NCBI GenBank assembly: GCA_951406725.2
Contig: OX597839.1
Coordinates: 34,162,001 to 34,226,000, forward strand
Reading direction: 5' to 3'
DNA length: 64,000 nt
Source of the DNA: Octopus vulgaris
Taxonomy: Eukaryota
The notes under the pieces were generated by a model. The model searched no databases, was not told the origin of the DNA, and saw only the letters and a list, made by a program, of their open reading frames with translations. This document shows, one piece after another, positions 1 through 11,619 of the stretch. The stretch's first letter is position 1. Each line of letters opens with the position of its first letter. The position numbers were made by a program, and so were the translations under genes.

Positions 1-87
1 GCAGTGCATGCCATCAAAGTGACACTGGGGTAAAATATACGAAGCCCAATATACCCATCATGACTACCCGTCTGATAAGGGTACACC
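1..87 (-). mobile_element. Fragment of a (TAA)n-tailed retroposon 3' region (same family as 3005-3299 and 34350-34600)
   Basis: gcagtgcatgccatcaaagtgacactggggtaaaatatacgaagccc...ccgtctgataagggtacacc recurs at ~34400-34480 and, reverse-complemented, at ~3190-3280. Confidence 0.75.
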
Positions 88-270
88 TTATTGCATCCCC
101 TATTTGTTCCATGTACTTCTCAAGCTTTTTACTCACTTTTCCCACTGCTCCGACAATTATTGGTACCACAACTGCTTAACCTCCCAAGCTAACCTGTCAT
201 ATCTATCGACTTTTCTTTCCTCCTTATCGCATGCCTTGTTGTTAGCTGGACATGCTATTATTATTATTAC

Positions 271-313
<43 letters not shown>

Positions 314-492
314 GCCTTTGCACAGCTTCTAACGCTGGAGATGTACTATGGTGTCAGTTGTTCATTACCAGTGAACTAAGGTAACACCCCTTATTTTTCA
401 AGCACCTTCCAGAGTATTTGAGTGGTTCCAAGCAGTGCTGTTTTCTGCAAGTGCTCCACCCTTATTGTAGCCCCGTATTTGTTCCATGTACT
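88..492 (-). mobile_element. R4/Dong-like non-LTR retrotransposon C-terminal (restriction-like endonuclease) remnants
   Basis: Minus strand gives IACPANNKACDKEERKVDRYDRLAWEVKQL..VVPIIVGAVGKVSKKLEKYMEQIG (88-258) and NKYGATIRVEHLQKTALLGTTQILWKVLEK* (~390-492), followed by a 3' UTR and (TAA)n tail. PIIVGALG and QKTALLGT.ILRKVL are typical of the R4/Dong C-terminus. Confidence 0.8.
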
Positions 493-849
493 TGGTTTTC
501 ATATTAGGGGATACCAACAATGTATGTATGATCAATGGAGAGAAAGAGGATTGTTTCAACTCACAGAACACAAATTATTATTATTATTATTGTTGTTGTT
601 ATTATTATTACTAGTATTATTATTATCATTATGAACTGTAACAATATCAGAGGTGTCTGGTACTGGTTTATGATTGAAAAGAGAAATAGAGAGGAGGTGA
701 TTCATTTTGGTTCATTCTGTTATATAGAAATGAATGTAAAAAGGGTGTCTAATATTAAAGAGTGTAATTTTATATGGCAAGATAAGGTGTGTAGCTATGA
801 AGTATGGAGAGTGTATGATTGCTCCCGGCAAATAGTTAAATATTGATTC

Positions 850-992
850 CTTCAGTCAGAAAAAGTATGATCTCCCAATGTTGTCATTTTGACAAGAGGT
901 ACTTGTTGAAGTGACAGCATTTTGTGAACATCTCTGATATGACATTTGAATAGTTTGCAGTGGTATTAAGATTGAGTATGAGGCTCTTAAAT
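850..992 (-). mobile_element. Penelope-like element ORF C-terminus (end of GIY-YIG endonuclease region), decayed
   Basis: Minus strand FKSLILNLNTTANYSNVISEMFTKCCHFNKYLLSK* resembles the PLE C-terminal motif LN.RSE..SKCRH.NKFLL. Confidence 0.55.
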
Positions 993-1134
993 ATGTATTC
1001 ACACACACACACGCATGCACACACACACACACACACATAGAGAGAGAGAGAGAAAGGTCTGTGTTTGTATGTATATATGTGTGTGTGTGTGTATATATAT
1101 AAGAGACTGCTTTCTTCCAGAGAATCTAGTGCAC

Positions 1135-1325
1135 TTAGCTTAGTTTTTCCCTGGGGCTGGCCAGATTGGATCAATCTCGAGTTTAACCAGCCGAAATTGC
1201 AAAGATAATCTGGAACTCGACTGAGGAAAGAAAGCTCTGAATGTCCCGTCCTTGTTTTTTCTTGTCCCTTTATTGTATCATCTAAATGTCTGGATGCTTT
1301 GCGTTCTTATCCCATTTTTTTGTAT
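1135..1325 (+). repeat. Interspersed repeat, possibly a PLE terminal-repeat fragment; related copies at ~5800-5920 and 62221-62433 on the minus strand
   Basis: Shared agcttagtttttcc.tggggctggccagattgga.caatctc.ag.ttaa.cagcc.aaa.tgc...gactga.ga...gaatg.cccgtcc...ttgcgttctt..cccatttt. Confidence 0.65.
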
Positions 1326-1789
1326 GTATGCATGTAAAAGATATATTTGCATATATATATATATATCAAAAGGACATGTTATAACACTATTCCACATATA
1401 CAAAAACAGCCATACCAACAATCCAACACACCTCCATCATCAGCTGCTACACGGATATCATTATGGTTTTGACATCTGAGCAGTACCATTCAATCCGGTG
1501 CTGTATATATGTATACACACACCTTCTCATACCTACTACATCAATTAACCAATTATCTCTGAAATGTTTTAAAATTCTTTCACTTTTAAGCAACGACTTT
1601 TGCCCTGGCATCCACCTCTACCTCCTTCCTTACTTCCATTTCCCTCTCAACTTCTGCTCCATGAACTTATTTTTAAATTTCATTTTTCACCATTTTATAT
1701 GCTTTCAACAGCTTTTACAAGCATCATCAAATGTTATGTTTTATACCAATTTTCCCCAGGCTCTATGTAACAAATTTGCTGTTTTAAAG

Positions 1790-2107
1790 AGATCAAATTT
1801 TAAGCCTTCCATCAAAGTTTCATGTTAAATTTATGTTCCAAACACCAGATTAATGACAAAGTTATTTTAGTAAATTCTTCACTTTTGTCAAAATTTACTG
1901 GAAAACAGTCAGTGTATTTCGACACTAATATGGTAACAAAAGGGTTAAAGTGATCTAAATTGAAATCTTACATCAAAATATATTAATTTATGTTTCAAAT
2001 ACCAGTTTGGTTATGGTAAAGTTATTTTAGTAAATTCTTCGCTTTTGTCAAGATTAATCGATAAACAATCAGTGTCTTTCAACAGGAATATGGTAACGAA
2101 AGGGTTA
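1790..2107. mobile_element. Two tandem (~160 bp) right ends of a TTAA-type (piggyBac-like) MITE; matching opposite-orientation end at ~2936
   Basis: Both units end ggtaac(a/g)aaagggtta(a/g) at ~1948 and ~2107. ttaaccctttcgttac at 2936 is the reverse complement, giving a TTAA+CCC terminus. Confidence 0.55.
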
Positions 2108-2196
2108 GAGGTTTGTTTAAAGGAATCGTTAGTCAAATGTGATACTGCAAATCGAATTAATCTGTTCAGTTATTGTAAAAAAATTATATTGATTAA

Positions 2197-2583
2197 CTAG
2201 CAGTATCGCCCGGCGTTGCTCGGGTTTGTAAGGGAAATAACTATAAAGCATTTTTAGAGAGTTATAGATAAAAAAATAGCAAAAAAATGGGGAAAAAAAT
2301 TATGGTAAATTTTTTTTTGATAGTTAAAAAGGTCGAGTTGCGTCCCCTAGACAGTCTGTGGTTTGTGTTTCTGATTGTCGACCCCATGTCGAATTTATCG
2401 ATCTTTTTCAGAACTGGGGGAACTTTTCAAAATTTTCGCTGCGTTAGTTTTGAATTATGACATTGGGCTATGTGTGTGTCAAGTTTCATCAGAATCGGTT
2501 GAAAGCCGTGGTCAGGGTGAGGGTACAACCTGACAGACACACAGACACACACACAGACAAACTGCCGTTTATATAGAGAGAGA
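2197..2583 (-). mobile_element. Non-autonomous Helitron
   Basis: On the minus strand it starts TC after an A (2584/2583). It ends with a GC-rich hairpin cccgagcaacgccggg and then CTAG (2200-2197) before a T. It is inserted in an AT dinucleotide with no TSD. Confidence 0.75.
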
Positions 2584-3004
2584 TTCGTTAAGTCTCATTA
2601 GAAAGCAATATTTATGGAAGAATTTGGGAATGTCATGAATATTTGTGGTCATGGTGAGTGACCTTTTGTGGGTGGCATTGTCAATGTGTGTGACTATTGT
2701 CATCATCATCATCATCATCATCATCATTTCATCATCGTCATCACTGTCTGTCACGATCATCATCATCGTCAGTTGCCATCACTACCGTTACTGTCATCAT
2801 TATCATTGTCATCATCATTGTTTGAAAATCTGTTTTTGCATGTCTGCATGGATTAGATGAGTACTTTATTGAGACAGAATTTTCTTGAAGTGGCAGATTT
2901 TCTTATTGAAATACATTTTCATCAGTACTATATGTTTAACCCTTTCGTTACTGTTTTTATTTTGAGACACTCTCTGTTTCTTTCAATTAATTTTTGAGAG
3001 GGAT

Positions 3005-3299
3005 TCTTTGGGGATTAGATAATTCACTTTTGGAAACATGGGTGTTTTGTTCAACATCCTTAAGCAACCCTTATTCAGGGACCTTTTGAGCAGGACAAAA
3101 TTCTAACTGGGCCCCACCTGCAAGGTCATGCACTGTTTATCTTGATATGCTTTCACCATGTCGCACACATATGGTTGTGATGCATTTGCCTGGTGTACCC
3201 TTATCAGACGGGTAGTCAGGATGGGTATACTGGGCTTTGTATATTTTACCCCAGTGTCACTTTGATGGCATGCACTGCTCTCTCACTCAATAATAATAA
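3005..3299 (+). mobile_element. (TAA)n-tailed retroposon 3' region (SINE or LINE 3' UTR)
   Basis: Homologous to 1-87 and 34350-34600; ends ctctcactcaataataataa. Confidence 0.7.
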
Positions 3300-3342
3300 C
3301 AGGCACAAGGCCTGAAATTTTGGGGGAGGCTTTGGCCTATAT

Positions 3343-3376
<34 letters not shown>

Positions 3377-4021
3377 TGAAAATTAAAAATTAAGTAATAA
3401 TTTGGTAGAAAATTTATAGAAATACTAAAATAAGACACATAGATAAGATGAAGGCTTATTGATGTAGGTAAAAAGAAATATTTAAATATATATTTCAGTG
3501 ATGTTGCTTAAAAAGCAAATTTTGAGAAAATGTCTTAGTAATTTTACTTAAAAAAATGTTAAAAAGTGAATTGATAATGGAGAATGGATGATAAAATTAA
3601 GTCTAAGATGAGACAAGAATGGTGGAAGGAAAAGAGAGGTAAGTGGGTGGATGTGTTAGAATGAATAGATAAGGTTAGAATTTGAAGAAAGAAAAATGTT
3701 CAAAGATAATTACGTAGAGAATATTAAAGGATGGTTTAAGCTGATTAGATATAAATGGACATGAATGAAGAATTGTGTGTGTGTATGTGGCTGTGGAGTA
3801 ATTTGTGGTTGAAGGAAAAATAGAAACAGATGAAAGAGAAGGAAGAAAAGCAAAGAGAAAGAAGGAGGAAAGAGGAAAAAGGAAGAGATGAAGTAAAAGG
3901 AGAAAATTTTTTTAAGAAAATATAAATTTAAATAAGCTTTAAATCAAACTGATTTTGGTGACAATAGAACCAAACGAAATAAAGAGGCAACAGAACAATG
4001 GTAAAATAGGAATAGAAATTA

Positions 4022-4296
4022 AGGTGGTGAGCTGGCAGAGTCGTTAGCACGCTGGGCGAAATGCTTAGCGGTATTTCGTCTGCCGCTGCGTTCTGAGTTC
4101 AAATTCCGCCGAGGTCGACTTTGCCTTTCATCCTTTCGGGGTCGATAGATTAAGTGCCTATTTCTTTACTACCCACAAGGGGGCTAAACAAAGAAGGGAC
4201 AAACAAAGACAGACAAACGGATTAAGTCGATTATATTGACCCCAGTGCATAACTGGTACTTATTTAATTGACCCCGAAAGGATGAAAGGCAAAGTC
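4022..4296 (+). mobile_element. SINE family C (Nin/Deu-domain-like), with its 3' half inverted
   Basis: Head ggtgagctggcagagtcgttagcac...gagttcaaattcc and central ctttgcctttcatcctttcggggtcgata motif. Compared with the copy at 37796-38092, bases ~4157-4296 are reverse-complemented. Confidence 0.75.
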
Positions 4297-4589
4297 TGTA
4301 TGAATATATATATGTATGTATGTATATATATGTATGTATATGTGTAGATTTGTATGTTTTATGTATGTATTCTCATGCATATAGTTACATATCTAGACAT
4401 GCTCATATATATTCAAATGCATGTATGTATGTTTGTATGTTTGTGTATCGTTAAACAATCTTCATAAAAGGTGAGATGTTTATGCGAAAGAAAAGATGGA
4501 ATTTCAGGGTTTTCCTTTATATTTTATAATTTCGATGTTTTTTAAAAATTTCCATTGATTAATTTTGGTCTCTTTATGGTATACTCTCT

Positions 4590-5003
4590 CTCTTTTACTC
4601 TCTTTTACTTGTTTCAGTCATTTGACTGCAGCCATGCTGGAGCACCGCCTTTAGTTGAGAAAAATTGACCCCGGGACTTATTCTTTGTAAGCCCAGTACT
4701 TATTCTATCGGTCTCTTTTGCCGAACCGCTAAGTTACGGGGACGTAAACATACCAGCATCGGTTGTCAAGCAATGCTAGGGGGACAAACACAGACATACA
4801 AACATATACACACACACATATATATATATATACATATATACGACAGGCTTCTTTCAGTTTCCGTCTACCAAATCCACTCACAAGGCATTGGTCGGCCCGG
4901 GGCTATAGCAGAAGACACTTGCCCAAGATGCCACGCAGTGGGACTGAACCCGGAACCATGTGGTTGGTTAGCAAGCTACTTACCACACAGCCACTCCTGC
5001 GCC
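4590..5003 (-). mobile_element. SINE family A (tRNA-derived, CORE-like, ~420 bp), full length
   Basis: Pol III A box TGGCTGTGTGG and B box GGTTCAGTCCC, CORE-like ggcatcttgggcaagtgtct, internal (TA)(TG) tract, tail gtaaaagag repeats. About 25 full or partial copies in the window. Confidence 0.9.
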
Positions 5004-5206
5004 ATATAATTTACATTTTTGATTTTGAATTCCATTAATTTATTTGGTACTTTTTAGGGCTTGTGTCTGTTTGAATCGAATGCTCAAAATAGAATAAAAC
5101 AACAGCAAAGCTAGAGTCGATCCATCAGGAGTCACAAAGCCTCTCACCTGATGATGTGCAAGGGACACAAATACTGACAGAGTTCGTATTTATTCATGCA
5201 ATATAC

Positions 5207-5365
5207 GTGGCTGTGTGGTAAGAAAGCTTGCTTCCCAACCACATAGTTCTGAGTTCAGTCCTATTGTGTGGCACCTTGGGCAAGTGTTTTTTTACTATAG
5301 CCCCAAGTCAATCAAAGCCTTGTGAGTTGGTTTGGTAGACAGAAACTGAAAGAATCCCGTCGTAT
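5207..5365 (+). mobile_element. SINE family A, 5' half
   Basis: gtggctgtgtggtaagaaagcttgcttcccaaccac...gagttcagtcc...ggcaccttgggcaagtg. Confidence 0.85.
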
Positions 5366-5477
5366 ATATGTATATATACATATGTATGTATATATATAAT
5401 TGCAGCGTGGGAGGTGTTTATAAGCCATTTAAGAAACACACAAAAACCATTAGATTCATTTCAACATTTAAATTTAA

Positions 5478-5528
5478 TTTGTCAAAATATTTTCGGCACT
5501 TTGAGACCACGACCTGTTCACTGACAAA
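5478..5528 (-). ncRNA. Minimal type I hammerhead ribozyme motif with G3-C8 core variant
   Basis: Minus strand TTTGTCA-GTGAACA-GGTCGTGGTCTCAAAGTGCC-GAAA-ATATTT-TGACAAA. It has a perfect 7-bp stem I, a GGT/GCC stem II, GAAA, and a palindromic AATATT stem III. Confidence 0.55.
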
Positions 5529-5612
5529 GCTCCATGCTGCATTTCACGCTGCAATTGTCTTCGTTCCAGCACACGATCTCAGATCAGGTCGCTTGCTTTG
5601 CAAGTACATCTC

Positions 5613-5659
<47 letters not shown>

Positions 5660-5718
5660 TCATCATCATCATCATCATCGTTTAGCGTCCGTTTTCCATG
5701 CTAGCATGGGTTGGACGG

Positions 5719-5750
<32 letters not shown>

Positions 5751-5922
5751 AGAGAACAAGGTGTATGTTACGCCACAATAATTATGTATAAAAATATATA
5801 TAAAAATACAAAATGGGACAAGAACGCAAAACATTCAAAGAGACAACACAAAAAACGGACGGGTCATTCGAAGCCTATAATCTTCAGTCAAGAACCGGAT
5901 CGTCCTCGCAATTTCGGCATAT

Positions 5923-6161
5923 ATGGCCTCACATTTTGGGTCTCACAGAGGCAAAGTGGCTGAGTTCCTTTTGAGCAATGGGCCTCACGGGGGCACTGAG
6001 CAAGACCTTTGGCATATGTCGTGTTTGAGAAGACCCATCAAGCCAAGCAAAATCGCAGTTCTGACAGATAGGACATCCAGCCATAGAAAACCATGCCAAA
6101 TCAGAGTGGAGTCTGGTTCAGACAGCCTTCCAGACATTAAATGATGATGACAACGACGATG

Positions 6162-6162
<1 letters not shown>
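5923..6162 (+). mobile_element. RTE-clade LINE 3' end (ORF tail, internally deleted 3' UTR, (GAT)n tail)
   Basis: gggcctcac...gacctttggc...gagaagaccc matches the RTE ORF end at 58592+. It continues gacatccagccatagaaa...gccaaatcagagtggagtctgg and ends gacattaaatgatgatg. Confidence 0.65.
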
Positions 6163-6227
<65 letters not shown>

Positions 6228-6377
6228 GCACACACACACACACATACATACATACATACATACATACATACATACATACATACATACATACATACATACA
6301 TACATACATACATACATACATACATACATACATACATACATACATACATAGATAGATAGACAGACAGATAGACTGAC

Positions 6378-6440
<63 letters not shown>

Positions 6441-6535
6441 CAGACAGACACATACATACATACACACATACATGCATACATAGATACATAGATAGATAGA
6501 TAGATAGATAGACAGACAGATAGATAGACAGACGG
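6163..6535. repeat. Compound microsatellite (TA)n(GA)n(CA)n(TACA)n(TAGA)n
   Basis: Directly visible. Confidence 0.95.
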
Positions 6536-6842
6536 AGGAACAGAGCTAGATAGATGTGTATATAGACCTACGTATATAAAATTTGTTGAAAGCTGTAGTG
6601 TTTGTTTGTTTGTTTTTTTCTGAGGATTGTTTCTTGTAAGGTGTGGGGGAAGAAGTAAAGGAGACTTTGTCACGTTTAGCCATTTAGGAAAAGAAATAAA
6701 AAAAAACTATTGGTTTGAAAAATGTCTTGGCATTTTGAAGATTTTTGTTTACTGGAAGAGACTAATTCTGAAGAACATTTCCAAAAACAAGAGAATATGG
6801 TTAAGAATTCACTGAGACAGAGCTTCCTTGGTTTCATTGAAG

Positions 6843-7043
6843 TCTTTTACTCTTTTACTTCTTTCAGTCATTTGACTGCGGCCATGCTGGAGCACCGCCT
6901 TTTAGTCGAGCAAATCGACCCCAGGACTTATTCTTTTGTAAGCCTGATACTTATTCTATCGGTCTCTTTTGCTGAACCACTAAGTTACGGGGATGTAAAC
7001 ACACCAGCATCAGTTGTGAAGTGATGTTGGGGGGACAGACACA

Positions 7044-7089
<46 letters not shown>

Positions 7090-7090
7090 A

Positions 7091-7121
<31 letters not shown>

Positions 7122-7279
7122 TACGACGGGCTTCTTTCAGTTTCCATCTACCAAATCCACTCACAAGGCTTTGGTCGGCCCGAGGCTATAGTAGAAGACA
7201 CTTGCCAAAGGTGCCACGCAGTGGGACTGAACCCGGAAGCATGTGGTTCGTAAGCAAGATACTTACCACACAGCCACTC
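6843..7279 (-). mobile_element. SINE family A, full length, abutting an older diverged copy (7280-7645)
   Basis: Same A/B boxes, core and tail as 4590-5003. Confidence 0.9.
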
Positions 7280-7660
7280 ATTTGACTGTAGCCATGCTGG
7301 GCATCACTTGGAGAATTTTAGCTGAATGAGGCAACATCAGTACTTTTTTTTTTAAAAGTCTTGTGCTTATTATTTCAATCTCTTTTGTCAAACTGCTAGG
7401 TTATGAGAATGTAAAGATATCGACACTAATTGACAAACAACGGTGGAAGACAAAATCACACCCACACACGCACGTGCACACATGTCAGGCTTCTTACAGT
7501 TTCCCTCTACCAAGCTCCACTTGCGAGGCTTTGACTGACCCGAAGCTGTAGTTGGAGACATTTACTCAATGTGCAATGCAGTGGGACTGAACCCGAAACC
7601 ATGTGGTTGAGAAGCGAACTTCTTACCACACAGTCATGCCTGCTCCATGCTTTTCTTTTT

Positions 7661-7696
7661 CTTCCTGATAAAGGGCTAATGTCCGAAACATTAAGG
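7661..7696 (+). ncRNA. Decayed minimal hammerhead motif
   Basis: CTGATAA-A-GGGC-TAAT-GTCC-GAAAC-ATT-AAGG. G8 is replaced by A, and AACATT could derive from palindromic AACGTT by CpG decay. Confidence 0.4.
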
Positions 7697-8296
7697 CACT
7701 CTGCACACAGGTCAACTTAACAGGTGTTAAACTAATACCATATTCATCACTTTGTTCTTTCCATGTTGAACAATCATAGATTTCTTTGATGAAAACATAT
7801 ATACTGATAGAGAATTAAGTCCAGAATCTGCAGCAGCCGAGCCAGTTCTTACTGATGAGGCCACGGAAATTGCTGACTCTGACTGTCAGTATAAGGAATT
7901 CTCAAATAGTGTTTTTAGATGATTACAGTCCCTGTCGGTATATAAATACGTAATTATGTGCTTTGACTACAGCATTAGAGCATTTTAGCTCTTATTTCTA
8001 GCAATGTAGGTGCTTATAACACCCTAGTCACATTTAGTGATGATTATAGCTTTCCTTTTTGGTGAAATATTGCGAACTGCTGTCTAGCAAGACACCTGTT
8101 TCTGTCTCTGTCTTATTACGACCTTTCATCATCCATTACGTGATCACCTCCTCCAATGCCGCCTCCCCACTCTTGAAAGTTTTTTCCTTTTTTCTTTTGT
8201 CTTTGTGAGTACTTGGTGACCCTGCCAGTGCTGGTGCCACATCAAAAGCATCAGTTCCATGCCAAAACAGACAGGATAGTATGTCTATCCATCTAT

Positions 8297-8741
8297 CTAT
8301 CCGCTCATTCGAAGTCGACTCTCGGTCACTTGTTGGATCAGTGTCCTCCAGTCAGTTCTATCCTGGACCACTTCTTTCAGATTGGCTATGTCCATTCCGG
8401 TATCCCTCTTGATGGTGTCAAGCCAGCGGGTTCTTGGTCGGCCTCTTCCTCTCTTGCCACTGACCATTCCGAGCATGATGTCCTTCTCCAGGGATTTTCT
8501 CCGCATAATATGACCGAAATATGCCAATCTATGCTTGGTGATCCTAGCTTCTAGTGACATTTTCAGCCTTATCTGCTTAAGAACTTCTCCATTGGTGAGC
8601 CTCGCTGTCCATGGAATCCGTAAGTCTTCTCCAACACCAAAGCTCGAATGCATTAATTCTCTTCTGGTCTGCTTTCTTTAGTGCCCAGATCTCGCATCCA
8701 TATGTTGCTATTGGGAAGACAATTGCATTCACCAATCTGAT
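8297..8741 (-). mobile_element. RTE-clade (BovB/RTE-1-like) LINE ORF 3' end
   Basis: IRLVNAIVFPIATYGCEIWALKKADQKRINAFELWCWRRL/RIPWTARLTNGEVL...RLAYFGHIMRR..LEKDIMLGMVSGKRGRGRPRTRWLD...DRTDWR are hallmark RTE C-terminal motifs; one frameshift. Confidence 0.92.
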
Positions 8742-9117
8742 AGTATGTGGGATGAAAGCAATTTTTCAGGCAAAGGACAACCGCATTTTGTTAATGAGTG
8801 ACGAAGCTCATTTTCATCTCAGTGGCATGGTGAATCAACAGAACTGTCGTTATTCGGCCTTTTGAAAATCTGAGAGAGCAATGTCACCAAAATCGACAGA
8901 GCGATGCTGGAGAGAGTGGAGGCCAGCTTCCAAGAACGCCTTCAGAAATGCATCAATGGAAACGGACGCCACATGATGGATGCTGTTTTCCAAACATAAT
9001 TTTGAAAAATTCTAATTCAATACGAACACATTGATGTAAGTAAAATTTTGTTTGCAGCTAAAATTAATGATTTTGTGAAATTTTTCAAAAACCATCCGTC
9101 CTCTCTGCCCCACCTTG
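8742..9117 (+). mobile_element. Internally deleted Tc1/mariner-superfamily transposon with right end
   Basis: LMSDEAHFHLSGMVNQQNCRY (first catalytic Asp region) is joined to C-terminal MLERVEASFQERLQKCINGNGRH. A TIR-like end ctctgccccaccttg follows at ~9117. Confidence 0.8.
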
Positions 9118-9395
9118 TTATGTGTATTTGTATGATGTTGGTTTTGAATGTCAACAAGTGGGACGTGGAAAAATACCTTGCGAGAGTATTCTGCATGATA
9201 GATGTACATATGGTAGTGTTTGTGTGTGTCTGTGTGTGTGTGTGTGTGTGTATAAAAATATATACATATACACACACATACACAAACATACATCATAATT
9301 ATTATCATCATTTAACGTCTGTTGTTGACATGACTATATAATAAACACACACACACATACATATACATATACATATACATAGATGTGTGTGTAAA

Positions 9396-9431
<36 letters not shown>

Positions 9432-9454
9432 ATAATAATGATAATAATAATAAT

Positions 9455-9610
9455 AATATTAGGGAGTGTAATATACATACTATTATATAACTATGATCTA
9501 GCTATATGTTTTATATAAACATATTTTATTTTTTATTTATGATTTGGTTTATGTCTATCATTGTTTGAATTGCATAATAGTGGTTTTTTTCTCTAATTTA
9601 TATTTTATAT
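9455..9610. repeat. AT-rich interspersed repeat; copies at ~22500-22745, 58430-58590 and 59700-59820
   Basis: Shared tttatgatttggtttatgtctatc.t.gtttgaattgca.aata.tggttttttc.ctctaatttata and attagggag motifs. Confidence 0.65.
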
Positions 9611-10410
9611 ACATACATACATACATACATACATACATACATACATACATACATACATACATACATACATACATACATACATACATACATACATACATAC
9701 ATACATACATACATACATACATACATTCATACATACATACATTCATACATGCATACACACATACATACATACATACATACATACATACATAATACATACA
9801 TACATACATACATACACACATACATACATACATACATACATACATACATACACACATACATACATACATACATACATACATACATACATGCATGCATGCA
9901 TGCATGCATGCATACATACATACATACATACATACATACATGCATACATGCATACATACATACACACATACACACTCAGATATGTGTATATGTATTTATA
10001 TACACACACAAACATACATACTTACACACCAATAAACACACACATGTGTGTGTGTATATATATATATAATATTATGTATACATGCATCCACACACATACA
10101 CATAGATATGTATTTATGCGCACACACACACATGTATACATACATGCTCAGATATGTGTATATGTATTTATATACATACACAAATGTACATGCTTACACA
10201 CCAATAAACACACACATTTACACACACACACGTGTGTGTATATTATATATATATTATGTATACCTACATCCACACACATACACACATAGATATGTATTTA
10301 TACGCACACACATGTATATGTATTTATGTACACACACGTGCACGCACACACATACACACCAATACACTCATTCATACACACTTTTACACACACACACATA
10401 CGTGCGCATA
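9608..10410. repeat. (TACA)n and degenerate CA/TA satellite
   Basis: Directly visible; internal ~170-bp duplication (ctcagatatgtgtatatgtatttata at ~9975 and ~10147). Confidence 0.9.
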
Positions 10411-10941
10411 TAATTGGTTGAAAGTCAGTACAGGTGAGAATCCGTTATATATTCCTATGTAGCAGCTTTTCACCTCATAAATAGCCATAAACGTTTTCAC
10501 CTGTCATCTTTCATGCAGCGTTCACCAAAAATCAGCAACGAATAACATTTTTTTACCTGCAATCTGTACCAAACGAAAGCCGAGACACATCACCTGCGTC
10601 CTCTCCCCCACAGGTAAAAAAGCAAACCACCACTGAAAACCCACCACACCACCACTACAAAAAAAAAAAACTCCCTTTATATACATATATATATATAATT
10701 ACTGTTATTATTGTTTAACCCTTGGTGAGTCCTGATCAGGTCACTTATGATCCAATAAATTCCAACGTGTACATTTAAGGGAGATTTGTCTGCTATTTTT
10801 AACAGATTGTTTGCACAGAGGATTACTTTATTGCCCCTCCCCCCCCCCCCTGTGTGTATGTGTGTGTGTGTACACACATGCATTTTCTATGCGTGTCTCT
10901 GTAAATATATTTATGTAGGGGGAAGGGGGGTTCTGACTATG

Positions 10942-11007
<66 letters not shown>

Positions 11008-11585
11008 TGTGTATGTATGCATGTGTTTCTGTAAATATATATGTATCTCTGACCATATGTATATATATATATATGTGTGTATGTACATTTTCCTGACCGT
11101 ATAAGTATGTATTTTTTTGTGTGTGTGTAGGTATGTATGCATGCATGTATGCTTGTATGTATGTATGTGTGTATGTATGTATGTATTTATGTGTGTGTAT
11201 AGGTATGTATGCTTATATGTATGTATGTATATGCATGTGTATGTATGTATACATGTGCGTGTGTGTATGTACGTATGTATGCTTATATGTATGTTTGCAT
11301 GTGTATGTATGTATGCTTGTATGCATGTGTGTATGTGTGTGTATGTGTTCCTCTGATTGCATGTCAATGTGTTTATGTTTCTCTAACTGTATGTGTATGT
11401 GTATGCATGTGTGTGTGTGTGTGTACCTGTGCTAGCGCGGAAAACGGACGTTAAACAATGCTGATGATGATGATGATGATGATATACACCCACACCCACA
11501 CATGCATATACATACACACACAGTATATATGTATACATATCTATGTATGAATATATGTATGTATGCATGTGTATGTCTATTTATG

Positions 11586-11619
<34 letters not shown>

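Noticed and set aside
1141-1250. Hammerhead in the ggctgg...ccagccgaaattgc / ctgaaga repeat family
   Set aside because: A stem before GAAA and a downstream CTGANGA exist, but I could not build a consistent three-stem fold across the three copies.
4665-5038. Recurrent small ORFs such as SARGYSRRHLPKMPRSGTEPGTMWLVSKLLTTQP
   Set aside because: They are antisense translations of SINE family A.
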